This document shows positions 62,701 through 64,000 of a stretch of DNA of 64,000 nt, piece by piece. Both the position numbers and the translations under genes were made by a program. The first letter of the stretch is position 1. Each line of letters starts with the position of its first letter. The stretch is from Paraphysomonas bandaiensis. Its lineage: Eukaryota > Protista > Chrysophyceae. The stretch is taken from the NCBI GenBank assembly GCA_965644295.1, contig CBFFRP010000430.1:186001-250000 (forward strand), given 5' to 3'. Under the pieces are notes generated by a model. That model did no database searches, was not told where the DNA came from, and saw only the letters and a list, made by a program, of their open reading frames with translations.

Positions 62701-64000
62701 GTTATCTTTAACACATACCTCTCACCTCCTCTAGCAGGACAATTTAAGTACACTGCGATATCTGCTGAAAAATTCGGTCTAACGGAATTCTCGTCCTTCG
62801 TTCGGAAGCTGACTCGGGTTATCTTAGACCTGGCACACACATCACACAAACACTGATTTTTGTGTACCTTGGCTGTGAGGTGTTTTCGTTTCAACCCTGT
62901 ACCCATGATGAGCATCCTCTTATGTGCCTCCACTAAAGCATGTTTGTTGAAGTGACCCGCTCTCCGATGCAGCAACTCCAGCTCGTCCTCACCAGTCCTA
63001 TCGCTAAGATTTACTTCACAATTACTCGGTGTAGACACATCTGGAAGCTCCAACAGCTGCTGAGTTGGAACTGCTGTCATGCCATTCTTCATGGGTCCCT
63101 CCAGTACTAGCTCACCAGTATTACAATCATATATTTGGATGCCATACCAAACCGTGAATCTATATCCCATTTCGTTCAGCTTACGTCCGGAGCACAGGCA
63201 TCGATTGATCTGATCTGAAATTTCAATGTCTCTCCATGCTCCACGGGAACCCACACTTGTGATATGAATCTCTGATCCCTTCTTAGAGCCGTTTATCACC
63301 TTTGATGTATTCATATGAGTGTCAAGCATGGTCACATCATTCATCAAGAACATTGATGATGAACAGCAGGTGTCAATATATGTATAATGCATGTCATCAT
63401 TTACACTACATATATTCGTTTCATGTATATTGCATGACAATTTCATAACATCCTCGATCATATTAGCTTCATCTTCATCAGAGAAATCTGCTGGTTCTCC
63501 ACGCCGTATATTCTCTACTGTCAGCAACCGTTTGTCCGGCTTCCTACCATGATTCTTCCCTTTCTCTCCTCTTCTAGAATGCTTTTTCTTCGTCGTTGGA
63601 CAATCAGCAGCAAGATGTTCCAGAGACTTGCAATTTCTGCATCCCGTGTACTCCGCACTTCCAGGACGCTGCCCTGATATCTCTCCATCCTTCTTCCTCT
63701 GCTTCCTCCTGCACTGTTCAGTTGAATGGCTATGAGGAATTCCTTCTTTCCTGCAATATCTACAGTTACCCTTCTTACGCTTATCCCGTTCCGTTCGAGA
63801 CCGTTTGCTCTTTTCAATGAAATTCAGCTCCTCCACCTTCTTGCGTTTCCGCTCTAACGCAATCCTTCCAGGAATGGTATCATCATACCGTTCTATCTTC
63901 CTTGATAATGTTGCATAATCAACATCATCAGGCATCAAATACAAAGCAACATTCAGAGGAGCATATTCTTCATTCAACAGACCTTCTCGTAACCGTGTTA
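59799..64000 (-). mobile_element. Ty1/copia LTR retrotransposon gag-pol polyprotein, uninterrupted ORF, 5' end outside window
   Basis: Order: zinc knuckles, protease, integrase (LHRRAGH...CDVC, ADI/HADG/EERK), RT (YKARLVA, ALYGLR, YVDD) and RNase H (DSDWA, ESEY, ADIFTKAL). Confidence 0.96.

Overview
Gene-dense eukaryotic nuclear DNA with many very short (~45-55 nt) spliceosomal introns, read with the standard code. Gene content and protein style suggest a stramenopile protist (inference; no search run). About 19 host protein genes can be reconstructed: an AGTRAP-like membrane protein, MAM33/p32, a hypothetical ORF, a triple-zinc-ribbon SSSCA1, PTPMT1, a YFH7/YggC-like kinase, ATP synthase subunit b, a p25alpha-like protein, FKBP12, class II eIF4E, a 14-kb HUWE1/Tom1 HECT ligase, DDX31/Dbp7, a JmjC protein, a CTL/Pns1 transporter, MIC60, Sec61beta, VMP1, NDUFC2 and an F-box/ankyrin protein. 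There are also two tRNA-Cys(GCA) genes and a U6 snRNA gene. Mobile DNA includes a MULE remnant, a TSD-less palindromic insertion, a Sola-like transposase with a nested TIR element, a Harbinger remnant, a foldback element and a Ty1/copia element with an open polyprotein ORF. The strongest leads are (1) ATP synthase subunit b carrying an in-frame N-terminal IF1-like inhibitor segment, (2) a signal-anchored JmjC enzyme with the halogenase-type H-x-A...H iron site, (3) a TIR/3-bp-TSD transposon family carrying a LINE fragment, and (4) near-strict head-to-head gene pairing around TACA/TATG-rich promoters. Exon boundaries were read by eye and family calls come from motif recognition only.
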